Virus record (IMG/VR): IMGVR_UViG_2698536355_000010
From: a virus
Lineage: Duplodnaviria; Heunggongvirae; Uroviricota; Caudoviricetes
Direction: 5' to 3' (one strand)
Length of the DNA: 39,062 nt
The notes beneath the pieces were generated by a model that did not search any database, had not been told where the DNA came from, and was given only the letters and a program-made list of their open reading frames with translations. Position numbers and translations under genes: made by a program. Positions 1 through 10,738 of this stretch are shown one piece after another (within the stretch, counting starts at the first letter, position 1; every line of letters starts with the position of its first letter).

Positions 1-258
1 ATGCAAACCGTTATTTTTGGTCGTTCGGGTTGCCCTTACTGTGTGCGTGCAAAAGATCTGGCTGAGAAATTGAGCAATGAACGCGATGATTTTCAGTATC
101 AGTATGTAGATATTCGTGCGGAAGGGATCACTAAAGAAGATCTACAACAAAAGGCAGGTAAACCCGTAGAAACCGTGCCGCAGATTTTTGTCGATCAGCA
201 ACATATCGGCGGCTATACCGATTTTGCTGCATGGGTGAAAGAAAATCTGGACGCCTGA
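1..258 (+). CDS. grxA: glutaredoxin 1
   Basis: 85-aa ORF with CPYC active-site motif (GCPYCVRAKDLAEKL); matches remembered E. coli GrxA over its full length; ATG at 1, TGA at 256-258. Confidence 0.9.
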   Translation: MQTVIFGRSGCPYCVRAKDLAEKLSNERDDFQYQYVDIRAEGITKEDLQQKAGKPVETVPQIFVDQQHIGGYTDFAAWVKENLDA

Positions 259-268
259 TCGTCTGACA

Positions 269-300
269 AGCCCTCGCGTTGAGGGCTTTACTGATTTTTT
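269..300. terminator. bidirectional rho-independent terminator between convergent grxA and ybjM
   Basis: Hairpin agccctc-gcgtt-gagggct (269..287) followed by a T-run (295..300), in the 30-bp gap between two convergent stops. Confidence 0.55.
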
Positions 301-665
301 CTGTGCTGTGGTTTAAACAAACTACTGATAAATAAGAAACACAGTGCCCCCAGCGCACACCAGAACACCGCGCTTAGTAACCATGCCAGCTCTTGCCAGA
401 ATGAGCGCGTCGGTGAAAAAAACAGCCGCATAATGAGCATCGAACAGGGTGCCGCCAGCATTGCGCCAAACAGAGGTTTCAGGACTTCTCTACGCTGTGA
501 AAAGAAGCTGGCGACTGCTCCAGGAAGAATGAAAAATAGCAAGCCGATTTCAGGATGCCCGGCAGCCCGAAAAGCGCCTTTCATGTGCGTCGCCAGAAAA
601 AGGCACACCACAATGAAGAGGACAAAACAGCAGATTGCCCCCGCCCAACGTTGTTTATGTTTCAC
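288..665 (-). CDS. ybjM: inner membrane protein YbjM
   Basis: 125-aa hydrophobic multi-TM ORF; length and position between grxA and ybjL match the E. coli arrangement as remembered. Confidence 0.75.
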   Translation of the reverse strand: MKHKQRWAGAICCFVLFIVVCLFLATHMKGAFRAAGHPEIGLLFFILPGAVASFFSQRREVLKPLFGAMLAAPCSMLIMRLFFSPTRSFWQELAWLLSAVFWCALGALCFLFISSLFKPQHRKNQ

Positions 666-934
666 TCGTTCCTCCTGACACTGCGTCTATCGAACACATT
701 TTTCGCCAGTGTGGCGTTCAGTAAGATAAAGCCGCTTCGCATTCCATGCTAATATAGGCCAACGCAATTCATATAGCCGTTGATACCTAATGTGATTACA
801 CTAGTAAAATATATTGTTACTTTACTATCGTTTAGGTGCGCTGAATGAATCTGCGCCCTGAATTCTGGTAAAAAACATTATCGTAAATTACCATTTCTTT
901 CAACAGCTTACTAGTAAACAAGAAGTTAGCCTCC

Positions 935-2620
935 GTGAATATAAACGTCGCCGAATTGTTAAATGGGAATTACATTCTGTTATTATTTGTGGTCCTCGCG
1001 CTTGGGCTATGTCTCGGAAAGTTACGACTTGGTTCGATCCAACTGGGTAATTCCATTGGCGTTTTAGTCGTATCGCTGTTATTAGGCCAACAACATTTCA
1101 GCATTAACACCGATGCGCTTAATCTTGGCTTTATGCTGTTTATTTTCTGCGTCGGGGTCGAAGCCGGACCGAACTTTTTTTCCATTTTTTTTCGCGATGG
1201 GAAAAATTACCTAATGTTAGCACTGGTGATGGTTGGCAGTGCGCTGGTGATCGCCTTAGGGTTAGGTAAGCTGTTTGGCTGGGATATTGGCCTGACGGCC
1301 GGTATGTTAGCAGGCTCTATGACGTCGACACCGGTTCTGGTCGGTGCTGGCGATACACTGCGTCATTCCGGCATGGAAAGCAGGCAGCTCTCACTGGCAC
1401 TGGATAATCTGAGCCTCGGGTATGCCTTAACCTATTTAATCGGTCTGGTGAGTTTGATTGTTGGTGCGCGTTACTTGCCGAAATTGCAGCATCAGGACTT
1501 ACAGACCAGCGCCCAGCAAATCGCCCGCGAACGTGGCCTGGACACTGATGCCAACCGTAAGGTTTATTTACCGGTGATCCGCGCCTATCGCGTCGGCCCG
1601 GAACTGGTGGCCTGGACCGACGGCAAAAATCTGCGTGAACTGGGTATTTATCGACAAACCGGCTGCTACATTGAACGTATTCGACGTAACGGGATTCTGG
1701 CAAATCCAGACGGTGATGCCGTGCTACAAATGGGCGATGAAATAGCGTTGGTAGGCTATCCCGACGCCCATGCCCGACTCGATCCCAGCTTCCGTAACGG
1801 TAAAGAAGTTTTCGATCGTGACCTTCTCGACATGCGTATCGTCACTGAAGAAGTGGTCGTTAAAAACCATAACGCTGTAGGTAAACGTCTCGCACAACTG
1901 AAGTTGACCGATCACGGTTGCTTCCTTAACCGCGTCATTCGTAGCCAGATTGAGATGCCGATAGATGACAACGTCGTACTTAACAAAGGTGACGTTTTAC
2001 AAGTCAGCGGCGATGCCCGCCGCGTAAAAACCATCGCCGATCGCATCGGCTTTATCTCGATTCACAGCCAGGTCACTGACCTGCTGGCATTCTGCGCCTT
2101 CTTTGTTATTGGGCTGATGATCGGGATGATCACCTTCCAGTTCAGCACATTCAGTTTCGGCATGGGGAACGCTGCCGGGTTGTTATTCGCCGGAATTATG
2201 CTGGGCTTTATGCGTGCTAACCACCCGACCTTCGGTTACATTCCGCAGGGTGCATTAAGCATGGTGAAAGAGTTCGGCTTGATGGTGTTTATGGCAGGCG
2301 TTGGTCTGAGCGCCGGTAGCGGTATTAATAACGGCCTGGGCGCGATTGGCGGTCAGATGTTGATTGCCGGATTGATTGTCAGTCTGGTGCCCGTGGTTAT
2401 CTGTTTCTTGTTCGGTGCTTATGTATTGCGAATGAACCGCGCGCTGTTGTTCGGCGCAATGATGGGCGCACGTACCTGCGCGCCGGCAATGGAGATCATC
2501 AGTGATACAGCTCGCAGTAACATCCCGGCGCTGGGCTATGCGGGCACCTATGCAATCGCCAACGTCCTGCTGACGCTGGCAGGGACAATCATCGTCATGG
2601 TATGGCCAGGATTAGGATAA
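935..2620 (+). CDS. ybjL: putative transporter YbjL (AAE-family permease with central soluble domains)
   Basis: 561-aa ORF with hydrophobic N- and C-terminal halves and a soluble middle; N-terminus [20 protein letters not shown] as remembered for YbjL. Confidence 0.8.
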
Positions 2621-2732
2621 AACTGAAGTTGCCCTGAAAATGAAATTTTTTTGCACAACCGCAGAACTTTTCCGCAGGGCATCAGTCTTAATTAGTGCCA
2701 CTGCTTTTCTTTGATGTCCCCATTTTGTGGAG

Positions 2733-2776
2733 CCCATCAACCCCGCCATTTCGGTTCAAGGTTGATGGGTTTTTTG
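2733..2776 (+). terminator. rho-independent terminator downstream of ybjL
   Basis: 10-bp stem cccatcaacc (2733..2742) pairing with ggttgatggg (2760..2769), followed by tttttt (2770..2776). Confidence 0.6.
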
Positions 2777-2855
2777 TTGCCTGAAATTTAAGCTGTTTAA
2801 AATCATGATGTTAGAAACACTGTTTTTTAACGATGGCGACAAAATGGCGGCAGCG

Positions 2856-3074
2856 TCAAAGAGAGAGCGCCACCTGTCCTGATTTCATTGGATGCGGCTG
2901 AACCGGATTTGACTCTTTTGGCGTTGCAATCGAACGAACAAAAGTTTCATGGGTAACAAAAGTATGGCTGCAGTTAATGTTCTGGCACTGGTTGTAACGC
3001 TCTTTGGTCAATGAAGATACCTGAAAACTGCTGCGAGTATGGGCGGCACTTCCACACAGTGGGCAAATCATCAT
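2856..3074 (-). CDS. ogr: late gene transcriptional activator (Ogr/B zinc-finger family)
   Basis: Protein MMICPLCGSAAHTRSS...KERYNQCQNINCSHTF has the Cys4 pattern and KERY-QCQN-NC motif of P2 Ogr; start placed at the second-to-last ATG (3074) to give about 72 aa as in Ogr. Confidence 0.8.
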   Translation of the reverse strand: MMICPLCGSAAHTRSSFQVSSLTKERYNQCQNINCSHTFVTHETFVRSIATPKESNPVQPHPMKSGQVALSL

Positions 3075-3164
3075 TTTTCGAGTTCTCCCCATTTTTGCTA
3101 AATTCACAATAATGATACCGCATTATTCCATTTTGCAAACTTAAAAGTTCTCCATTGCGAAGAA

Positions 3165-4265
3165 TCATTCCATTTCGAAATCATCAATCCTCACTTCAAG
3201 CTCCAGACTGGTCGTAAAACCATTATCCGGGCTGACAGTATGTGTCAGGGTGGTAATGGTCCATTCCGCATCATCTATCGGCTGTTTAAAGCCACTGACC
3301 TTCACAGGCATTTCCGTGTAGAGATCTGCCCGACCTTCCGCCAGTTGTAGCGAGAATGACGCAACACCGCGTTGCAGGCGTTCCCACTGCATTTTCGCCG
3401 CTCGTTCGGCGTTGCTCCGGTTGGCATAAGTGCGATTAAGTACCAGCACGTTTTCATCCGTCCCCACCAGGTAATCGCCCTGCTTCGCTTCCGGCTCTTT
3501 CTTCTGCTTCTTAGTCCTGCGCTTACGCTTCACCGTGGTGCTTTCTTTCTTCGCGGGTTCGCGGGTATGCAACCAGCTGGCAATTACGCCCGTGTAGGCT
3601 CCGCGATCTGCCAGGGTAAAGCGGTGACTGTCGCCGTCCTTCCGTGTGATAGTGATCACCGGCAGTGGTTTACCGCTGGCGCTTTTACCCTGTCCCTGCC
3701 GGATGAATAACAGATTGCCATTTTTCACCGACGCAATAGCACCGTACTGGCGCGCCAGCCGCATCAGAAAACTGCCGTCACTCTCATTGGTCTGGTCTAT
3801 ATGCTCCACGGGTTTATCCGACAGGTCTTCACCCAATGCCATCTTCAGTTTGTGCCGCGCAGCTATTTCCTTCACCACTTCCCCAACGGTGGTCTTGTGC
3901 CACGATTTTTCACGGCGGGTATTCAGGGTTTCACGAAAATCAGCACTTCGCGCCCGGATAGTCAGGCGGTCCGGTGCGCCAGTGTGTTCAATCTCGTCCA
4001 CCGTGAATGCTCCTTTCGGGAAAAGCGGCTGCCCCTTCCAGCCCAGCGCCAGCGTAATGACCGCACCACGGCGCGGCAGCACGATTTTTCCGTCGGCGTC
4101 GTCCAGCTCCAGATCAAGCTGGTCTGCTTCAAAGCCCCGGTTATCCGTCAGCGTCAGCCCCATCAGGCGGTTGTCCAGCACAGTGGTGATATCCCTGCCT
4201 TCAATACTGATGCTGAATGCCGGAGTTTTGTTGCCTTTGTTAAGCAGTTCAGAGCTGAAATTCAC
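3165..4265 (-). CDS. D: tail protein D (late control gene D)
   Basis: 366-aa ORF in the P2 gpD position, last tail gene before ogr; family-level similarity by recollection. Confidence 0.8.
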   Translation of the reverse strand: MNFSSELLNKGNKTPAFSISIEGRDITTVLDNRLMGLTLTDNRGFEADQLDLELDDADGKIVLPRRGAVITLALGWKGQPLFPKGAFTVDEIEHTGAPDRLTIRARSADFRETLNTRREKSWHKTTVGEVVKEIAARHKLKMALGEDLSDKPVEHIDQTNESDGSFLMRLARQYGAIASVKNGNLLFIRQGQGKSASGKPLPVITITRKDGDSHRFTLADRGAYTGVIASWLHTREPAKKESTTVKRKRRTKKQKKEPEAKQGDYLVGTDENVLVLNRTYANRSNAERAAKMQWERLQRGVASFSLQLAEGRADLYTEMPVKVSGFKQPIDDAEWTITTLTHTVSPDNGFTTSLELEVRIDDFEME

Positions 4266-4747
4266 GACAGCAGCCCTCCCACCGTTTTACTGATATCGCT
4301 TAAGGCAGACGTTGCCGTGTCCTGCAGATTATTCAGCTGCGCACTGAGATCACCGAACATATCGGACAGGGATTCATCCACCCGTTTGAGCGACAGAGTG
4401 AACTCAATCCGGCGCGGCATACCGTCGCGGAAAAACTCCGTTTTAGTCTGATTCAGTCCCTCAATCACATACATGCCGTAAATCGTGCCGCTGCCTTCAA
4501 TCAGGGGCCATGCTTTCCCCTGTTCTGCCATCTGCTCAAGTGCCAGCAACGACAGCCTGCCACCTGTTATCTCCGGCATAAGAACACCGGAAAGCGTCAG
4601 CATGTCGTTGTCCGGTCCCAGAAACTGCGTGGACGGACGTCGGTTTACCCGGCTGTTTGCCGCATGTCGCCAGCTGCGTTGATACTGCAGTTCCTGATAC
4701 GGCGCGGTGCGCAGCATAAACACGTACAATCCCAGCACCATCATCAT
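4262..4747 (-). CDS. U: tail protein U
   Basis: 161-aa ORF starting MMMVLGL..., overlaps D start by 4 nt; P2 gpU-like N-terminus and position. Confidence 0.8.
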   Translation of the reverse strand: MMMVLGLYVFMLRTAPYQELQYQRSWRHAANSRVNRRPSTQFLGPDNDMLTLSGVLMPEITGGRLSLLALEQMAEQGKAWPLIEGSGTIYGMYVIEGLNQTKTEFFRDGMPRRIEFTLSLKRVDESLSDMFGDLSAQLNNLQDTATSALSDISKTVGGLLS

Positions 4748-7700
4748 GCGTCGTATCCCCCCTGATCGCTGTAGTTACTCCTGGCTTTTGCCTTCAGCCT
4801 GCGTTCACGTTCATCAAGCTGTCGGGCCACCTCCCGCGCAATATCCTGCGCACTTTGTCCTGGCTGCGTCTGGATGATGATCTGCGTCGGTGCCTCAATC
4901 CGTTGAGCGGGCGGCACAGTGGCTGCACGACTCACCATCGCTTCGCCGCCTTTCGCGGGAAGTGCCAAAGGATGTAACGGCGGAAGCTCTGCAGGCGCGG
5001 CAGCAACGCCCATCATTCCGGCAACAACGGCAGCCAGTGCAGCTGTATTTCTCCGGCTGGTCACATTTGCCGGGCCGTTAACAATTTCCGGCCCGTTCTC
5101 ACCGACAATGCCAAACTGCCCGCGCGGGATATACCCACCGCTGTCATACATCCCCGCAAAACCATATCCCCATGATGGAAAACCACCTGATGGCATCATC
5201 ACTTTACCGTCTGTATTCACCGTCGCAGGTTGCTGACGCGTCACGCTTTCCGGCAGTTTTGCCTTTGCGGCCTCTTTACTGACAATGCCAAGTTTCTCCA
5301 GCAACCAGGAAACGCCGGATTTCAGCGAGTCCAGCGGATGCATGACCATATTCAGCCCTTCCGCCAGCGCCTCCCCGAATCGTCGCCCCATTGCCGCTGC
5401 GCTCTGCAGTTCGGCAGAGGTCGACTTAACGGGCGTCAGCAGATCAGTAAACCAGCCCCACAACGCCTGTACTTTGTCGCCAATCCACTGGAACACGGGC
5501 TTAAGCGGTTCGAATGCAGCACTGATGGGACCTGCCGCCGCTTTGAATCCTTCCACCACGCCACCGAGAAATGCGGTGATGGGTTGCCAGTATTTCCAGA
5601 CAACCAGCGCCACGCCCGCCAGTGCAGTAACCACAAGACCTATCGGACTGAGCAGAGCACCTAACAGACCAGATACGGCATACAGGGCAACGCGCAGCAT
5701 CGCCAGCGGACCGGATGCCAGCACACGCAGCACCGCGCCTGCGGCAGCCAGTCCACCGCGCAGTGCTGCCAGTGGATTCATAAACATCACAGCAACCGCA
5801 CGTAAACCGGATAATCCAGACCGCAAAAGTGCAACCGGCGCACCTGCTACCGTTTTCAGGACATTTCCCGTCAGTGATGTCGTGCGGCGCAAAGACGACA
5901 ACGGCGCAGTAAGTAAACCTGCGGCGTTGCCCGATGAAGCAAGCCCGCGTCGCAGCAGTGCCAGTGGTGCGCCAGCCAGCCAGGACAACGCGCTGCTGGT
6001 TCGAGTTACTGCTGCCGTAACGGAAGGTAACGTTTTGATACCCAGCACAGAGAATCCCAGACGGATCACTGCCAGCGGCCCCAGCACTGCAGCCAGCGCC
6101 ACCGCTAAGGTGCCGAGGCCCACGGTAACGGCAGCCACCACAGCGGCTACTTTCATCAGTGTGCCTGTCAGTTCCGGGTTAGCTTCCACCCAGCGACGCA
6201 ACGCCCCTGTGACGCTTTTCACCGTGTACAGAATATCCATCAGCGGCTGGCGCAGCGTTTCGCCCAGGCTGCTGAAGGTGTTCTGTGCTCCGGTTTTGAC
6301 CAGCAACCACTGCGCAGAAAGTGAATCCTTGTTGATGTCGGATTCTTTCTGCATGGAGCCGAGCGCATCATTGCCCGCTGTCAGTTTTAACTGACGCTGC
6401 AGTTCCGGCAGGTTGTTTGCCAGTTTCGCCGCGTCATCGCCAAACTCTTTACCAAACAACATGGTCATGGCAGACAGACGCTTATCCTGCGGCAGTGCGT
6501 TCACCTTCTCCAGCACGCGCTGGATGGTTCCCATCGCATCCTTCGTCATCTGCTTTTCAATCACTTCAGGATTGAGTTTCAGCAGATTCATCCCTTCAAA
6601 GAAACTCTTGCTTTGCATGGTGGCAATGGACAATTCACGCACCATCGCGTTTGCTGCACTGGCTGCAACCTCTGGCGCAGCGCCCAGTGTAAGGAAGGTG
6701 GAACCCAGCGCCGCCGCTTTACGATAATCCAGACGATCAGCCACACCGCCCAGACGTTGCATGACATCAATGATGTCTGCCCCTTTCGACATGGCGTTAT
6801 CATCCAGATAGTTCAGCGCATCACCGAGCTGTTCAATATTGCGGGTAGGGATTTTGTAGAGTTGGGCGATTTTCCCCAGACTTTCTGACAGTTCATCCGC
6901 AGGCAACTCAAAGGCTGTTGCCGCCTTTGCTGCCGTGCTGGCGAAGGCCAGCAGATCACGTTTCTGGTCTTCCCAGCTGTCGTCAGGGTTTGCGATGTTC
7001 ATGCGCGCACCACCTTCAACCAGTGCGGCGAAGTCCACCGCACCGTTTTCCATCGGCAACTGTTCGCTGGCAGCTTTGATGGCATCCTGCATTTCATAAA
7101 AACGTGCAGTGCGGTTGCCATTATCGTCACGCAGACCATTGACCTGCTTTGCCACACCTTTCATGGCATCTTCCATGCTGGTATAGCTTTTTACTGCCGC
7201 CATCACTGGCGTCCCCATTGCCAGCCCTGCAGCCGTGGTGGTGGCTCCGGCTCCTGCGATGCGATCGCGCACCTCCAGAGAACGAGCATAACTGGCACGC
7301 GCTGCATTCATCCTGCGCTGAGCTTCCCCCAGTCGCTTCAGCCGCGCCTCCTGTTTCGACAGTTCCTGGTTATAACGTGATGTTTCACGGGCTAAACGGG
7401 CAGTTGCTCCCGCATCATCTTTCGCAGAAATTCCCGCCCGGTACAGTTCTGCACGCACAAGCGCCGTTTGCTTCTGCAAATATTTTTGTTGTTCTTCCAG
7501 GCGTTGGACTGCCAGCGTTTGCCGACCTAAAGCCACAAGGTGCCGTTGTGATGGTTGTTCCATCGACTCCAGCTCAGAGCTAAGCAAATTAGCCTTCTGT
7601 CTGGCATAGTTCAGCCTGTCGCCTAACTTCTTGTTATCGACCTGCAGCTTGCGAAATTTTTCCAGGCTGTTACCCGCCTGATTGAGTTGCTTTAATGCGT

Positions 7701-7821
7701 CACGGGAGTTTCTGATTGCGCCAGCCAGCTCTTTCGAACTGGCCTGTGCAGCACGGAATGGGCGGGTGAGTTTGTCAACCGCATTAAGAATGACCTGCAG
7801 GCGCAGGTTATTATCACTCAT
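4744..7821 (-). CDS. T: tail tape measure protein
   Basis: 1025-aa ORF, coiled-coil N-terminal third, Ala/Gly-rich hydrophobic middle, positioned between E/E' and U. Confidence 0.85.
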   Translation of the reverse strand: MSDNNLRLQVILNAVDKLTRPFRAAQASSKELAGAIRNSRDALKQLNQAGNSLEKFRKLQVDNKKLGDRLNYARQKANLLSSELESMEQPSQRHLVALGRQTLAVQRLEEQQKYLQKQTALVRAELYRAGISAKDDAGATARLARETSRYNQELSKQEARLKRLGEAQRRMNAARASYARSLEVRDRIAGAGATTTAAGLAMGTPVMAAVKSYTSMEDAMKGVAKQVNGLRDDNGNRTARFYEMQDAIKAASEQLPMENGAVDFAALVEGGARMNIANPDDSWEDQKRDLLAFASTAAKAATAFELPADELSESLGKIAQLYKIPTRNIEQLGDALNYLDDNAMSKGADIIDVMQRLGGVADRLDYRKAAALGSTFLTLGAAPEVAASAANAMVRELSIATMQSKSFFEGMNLLKLNPEVIEKQMTKDAMGTIQRVLEKVNALPQDKRLSAMTMLFGKEFGDDAAKLANNLPELQRQLKLTAGNDALGSMQKESDINKDSLSAQWLLVKTGAQNTFSSLGETLRQPLMDILYTVKSVTGALRRWVEANPELTGTLMKVAAVVAAVTVGLGTLAVALAAVLGPLAVIRLGFSVLGIKTLPSVTAAVTRTSSALSWLAGAPLALLRRGLASSGNAAGLLTAPLSSLRRTTSLTGNVLKTVAGAPVALLRSGLSGLRAVAVMFMNPLAALRGGLAAAGAVLRVLASGPLAMLRVALYAVSGLLGALLSPIGLVVTALAGVALVVWKYWQPITAFLGGVVEGFKAAAGPISAAFEPLKPVFQWIGDKVQALWGWFTDLLTPVKSTSAELQSAAAMGRRFGEALAEGLNMVMHPLDSLKSGVSWLLEKLGIVSKEAAKAKLPESVTRQQPATVNTDGKVMMPSGGFPSWGYGFAGMYDSGGYIPRGQFGIVGENGPEIVNGPANVTSRRNTAALAAVVAGMMGVAAAPAELPPLHPLALPAKGGEAMVSRAATVPPAQRIEAPTQIIIQTQPGQSAQDIAREVARQLDERERRLKAKARSNYSDQGGYDA

Positions 7822-8250
7822 CGTTGGCCCCGCTTCTCTGAATCGCTTTATACCGCCATTCCAGCACTTCGGTCAGCGGCATAACGTCAGTAACGGATGG
7901 CGGCCAGTGAAAGATGGTGGCAATATCTGCCACCAGATCGTCAACCGTCAGGCTGTCGGTAAACCGGCAAGCACCGACTTCTTCAACAAAAAAGTGACAA
8001 CCTCAACCGACATGGCAGTGAGATCTGCCGGGTCCATCTCTGCAATTTCCTGTGCGGTCAGTGCCGGGCTGGAGATGCGGGGGATCACGGTCATCATCGC
8101 GTTCACATCCATATCCATAATGGCCTGCAGGCGTGTACCGCGCAGCGCACCGGACTGCGGTTTACGCAGCACAATTTCGGTGATTTCTGTTTTACCGCGC
8201 TTGATAGGGGTATCCAGTTGAATGGTCTTTTCAGTCTGCTTATCGCTCAT
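7814..8250 (-). CDS. E+E' fusion product via programmed -1 frameshift
   Basis: Slippery heptamer TTTTTTG on minus strand (plus coords 7987..7993). Manual translation of the -1 frame from 7987 gives VEEVGACRFTDSLTVDDLVADIATIFHWPPSVTDVMPLTEVLEWRYKAIQRSGANDE with no stops until TGA at 7814..7816, overlapping the T start as in P2. Confidence 0.6.
7948..8250 (-). CDS. E: tail assembly chaperone E
   Basis: 100-aa acidic ORF immediately upstream of T; contains slippery T_TTT_TTG in codons 86-88. Confidence 0.8.
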   Translation of the reverse strand: MSDKQTEKTIQLDTPIKRGKTEITEIVLRKPQSGALRGTRLQAIMDMDVNAMMTVIPRISSPALTAQEIAEMDPADLTAMSVEVVTFLLKKSVLAGLPTA

Positions 8251-8304
8251 TTTGCTGTCCTGTAAATTGGGTTCTGGCGCGGTATCCCGCGCCGTTCAGA
8301 TACA

Positions 8305-8820
8305 TCAGAGGCCGAGGGCGTTGCGGTGCGCTTCCATCAGGTCCACACCGTCCACAATTTCCACCATGTTGATAAGGTCCACTTCATAGAGCACCTCACC
8401 ATTGATGGTCAGCTTCGCGTAGCTGTTGGTACTGGTCACTTTGGTGGTGTTGCTTTCGCCCGTCTTCCACTCACCGGAATCCACTTCTTTGTGACGTCCA
8501 CGCACCACAAGCTCCACGGCCTGCACTTCCCCGGTATCGTCACGCTGGATAGAGCCGGTAAAGCGCAGCTGGATGCCATCCACCGTGGCTTTGCCCATCT
8601 GCTTAAACAGCAGCAGTTCAGTACCACCAATGGAAAATTCTGTGTCCAGCGCACTGTCATCAAGCCCCAGATCCACATCCACTGCCCCCGGCATTCCGCC
8701 GCCGCGATACTTCTCATATTTGCGGGTGAATTTCGGCAGCGTCAGCGACTCAACGATCCCCTGCCAGTTGTTCCCGTCGTTAAACAGGTTCAGGTGTTTT
8801 AATTTGCGTGGTAAAGCCAT
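8305..8820 (-). CDS. FII: major tail tube protein FII
   Basis: 171-aa ORF, position and size of P2 gpFII downstream of sheath gene. Confidence 0.85.
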   Translation of the reverse strand: MALPRKLKHLNLFNDGNNWQGIVESLTLPKFTRKYEKYRGGGMPGAVDVDLGLDDSALDTEFSIGGTELLLFKQMGKATVDGIQLRFTGSIQRDDTGEVQAVELVVRGRHKEVDSGEWKTGESNTTKVTSTNSYAKLTINGEVLYEVDLINMVEIVDGVDLMEAHRNALGL

Positions 8821-8829
8821 GTTGTCCCC

Positions 8830-10002
8830 TTACGCGCTGACCTGGCTGGCGAAATTCACCAGGTACTGATCGGTGATGCGCTGACGCAACATCAGGTTTT
8901 CAAGTGGCGGCACTGGCGTGTAGTCGTAGTCGATGGTGAGTTTTCCGGCTTTCAGAGTGTCTTTGTCGTTCACCGACTCGTCCAGCCAGCAATCACCACC
9001 AATGAGATACCCCTGACTGACCAGGCTGCGCATTTTGGCGCGGATGCCCTCGATAATGTCGCGCGCCAGCGACGGGTTCAGCGGTTTGTCCACTGCCCAC
9101 ATGTGTGCTTCTGCCATCGTGTCCATCAGCACCTGCGCCGTGCGGGTGTAGTTTTCGAAGGCAAAGAGCGGGTCATCACTCAGGCAGCGGGAACCCCAGA
9201 AGCGGAAACCGTCTTTGCGGATAAGGGTGGTGACGTCGTTCTGGTTCAGCAGTCCAGCATCGGTTGCCGTGTCCTGCAGATCCCAGAACACATCAGCAGA
9301 AATTCCAGTGACACCGTTAACGCCCACATTGGACAGGCTTTTGTGCCATCCGGTCTGATCATCAATTTTGGCACGCAGACCAAGCGCACGGGCGGTGGCA
9401 TAAGCCGTTGCTTCGGCATTCAGCACCGTGTCCCAGCCAGTAAAGTCAGGCCAGATCAGCATCCCTTCGCGCTGGCTGAAGTTTTCGCGGTAAGTGATCG
9501 CCTCCTGCACAGTCTTGCAGCCATACGCTGACAGGTAAGCAAACCCACGCAGGCTTTGCGCCACGCCCAGCAACTCAGTAGCTACCGCCTTGGTGTCGTG
9601 GCCTGGCACGCCGAGAATGCGCGGTTTAACGCCGAGCTGTGACTGGGCAGATAACAGGGCTTTCATACCTGTTTTTTTACCTTCAGCAGTCACTGCGCCG
9701 ATGATATTGGTCGTGGTTTCTTCTTCCGTTTCACCCTGCGGCACACGCACAACAACGGTCACGGGTTTTGCCTGGTCAGCGATGGCATCCAGCGAACGGG
9801 CCAGCGTGCCGGACTCACCCGCTTTACCGCTGGCAGTCAGCACATCAGTGATCAGCACGGGTTTATTAAGAGGAAACATTTTTGCATCGGCATCATCGCC
9901 CGTGCAGACCATACCCACGATGGCGGTGCTCACCGTGGTAATGGATCGGGTGCCTTCGTTGACTTCAACAACGCGCACCCCGTGGTGGTAATCCTGAGCC
10001 AT
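8830..10002 (-). CDS. FI: tail sheath protein FI
   Basis: 390-aa ORF, P2 gpFI-like, first gene of F operon. Confidence 0.85.
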   Translation of the reverse strand: MAQDYHHGVRVVEVNEGTRSITTVSTAIVGMVCTGDDADAKMFPLNKPVLITDVLTASGKAGESGTLARSLDAIADQAKPVTVVVRVPQGETEEETTTNIIGAVTAEGKKTGMKALLSAQSQLGVKPRILGVPGHDTKAVATELLGVAQSLRGFAYLSAYGCKTVQEAITYRENFSQREGMLIWPDFTGWDTVLNAEATAYATARALGLRAKIDDQTGWHKSLSNVGVNGVTGISADVFWDLQDTATDAGLLNQNDVTTLIRKDGFRFWGSRCLSDDPLFAFENYTRTAQVLMDTMAEAHMWAVDKPLNPSLARDIIEGIRAKMRSLVSQGYLIGGDCWLDESVNDKDTLKAGKLTIDYDYTPVPPLENLMLRQRITDQYLVNFASQVSA

Positions 10003-10078
10003 AGTGGCGAACCTCCTGATTGGATTAGGCTTCGCCCTATGTTGAAGTGATTGTGCCTGACAAACAGCTAAGCGCAGT

Positions 10079-10096
10079 TGTACCGTTATTCACACA
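10079..10096 (-). promoter_or_regulatory. candidate Ogr/B-dependent late promoter element (P_F)
   Basis: TGT-N12-ACA dyad tgtaccgttattcacaca centred about 85 bp upstream of FI start; near-identical to dyads at 23283 and 15833. Confidence 0.5.
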
Positions 10097-10144
10097 AAAT
10101 GACGGTATTTGTCTGCTTGCAGGGATAATCAAAATAATGCTGAT

Positions 10145-10711
10145 TCAGGGAGATTCATTGCTCTTATTTGCCGGAAATTTTCTATAAATGGTAGAAACGC
10201 CTACATCAAAAATCAGTGCAATACGCAGTCTTGATTCTCCGGCCTCGAGTAAACGTCCAATCTGTGCCCACTGTTCGGTGGTCAACTTAGGACGGCGTCC
10301 ACCTACTCTGCCTTTAGCACGAGCTGCAGCCAGCCCTGCCCTGGTACGTTCAACTATCAGTTCGCGTTCCATTTCAGCCAGGGCACCCATGACATGAAAA
10401 AAGAAACGGCCCATTGGGGTACTGGTATCAATACTGTCAGTCAGGCTTCTGAAATTCACACCACGCTGGCGCAACTCTTCTATCAGCGTAACAAGATGCC
10501 GCATACTGCGCCCCAACCTGTCCAGCTTCCAGACAACCAGCGTGTCTCCTGCCGATAGTGTCCTGAGCAGTTTTTTCAGCCCCGGTCTGTCGGACTTAGT
10601 GCCACTGATTTTATCCTCAAAAATCCGCTCACATCCCGCGCAGTTCAGTGCATTACGTTGCAAATCGGTGTTCTGGTCATTTGTTGACACGCGTACATAG
10701 CCAATAAGCAT
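10145..10711 (-). CDS. serine-recombinase DNA invertase (Gin/Hin/Pin/Cin family)
   Basis: N-terminus MLIGYVRVSTNDQNTDLQRNAL with catalytic Ser motif and C-terminal HTH; start set at third ATG (10711) which has GGGGGA 5 nt upstream. Confidence 0.9.
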   Translation of the reverse strand: MLIGYVRVSTNDQNTDLQRNALNCAGCERIFEDKISGTKSDRPGLKKLLRTLSAGDTLVVWKLDRLGRSMRHLVTLIEELRQRGVNFRSLTDSIDTSTPMGRFFFHVMGALAEMERELIVERTRAGLAAARAKGRVGGRRPKLTTEQWAQIGRLLEAGESRLRIALIFDVGVSTIYRKFPANKSNESP

Positions 10712-10738
10712 GATCATCCCCCTGAATAAAAACCGGAG

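Noticed and set aside
3646-4451. 215-aa and 216-aa plus-strand ORFs
   Set aside because: Antisense to tail genes D and U, whose own frames have family-level matches; shadow ORFs.
5285-6394. 369-aa plus-strand ORF (and neighbours 4919..5236, 5230..5664) rich in Ala/Ser/Pro
   Set aside because: Lies entirely antisense to the tape measure gene T; its composition reflects the GC-rich reverse frame and it has no start context.
8326-8802. 158-aa plus-strand ORF
   Set aside because: Antisense to tail tube gene FII.
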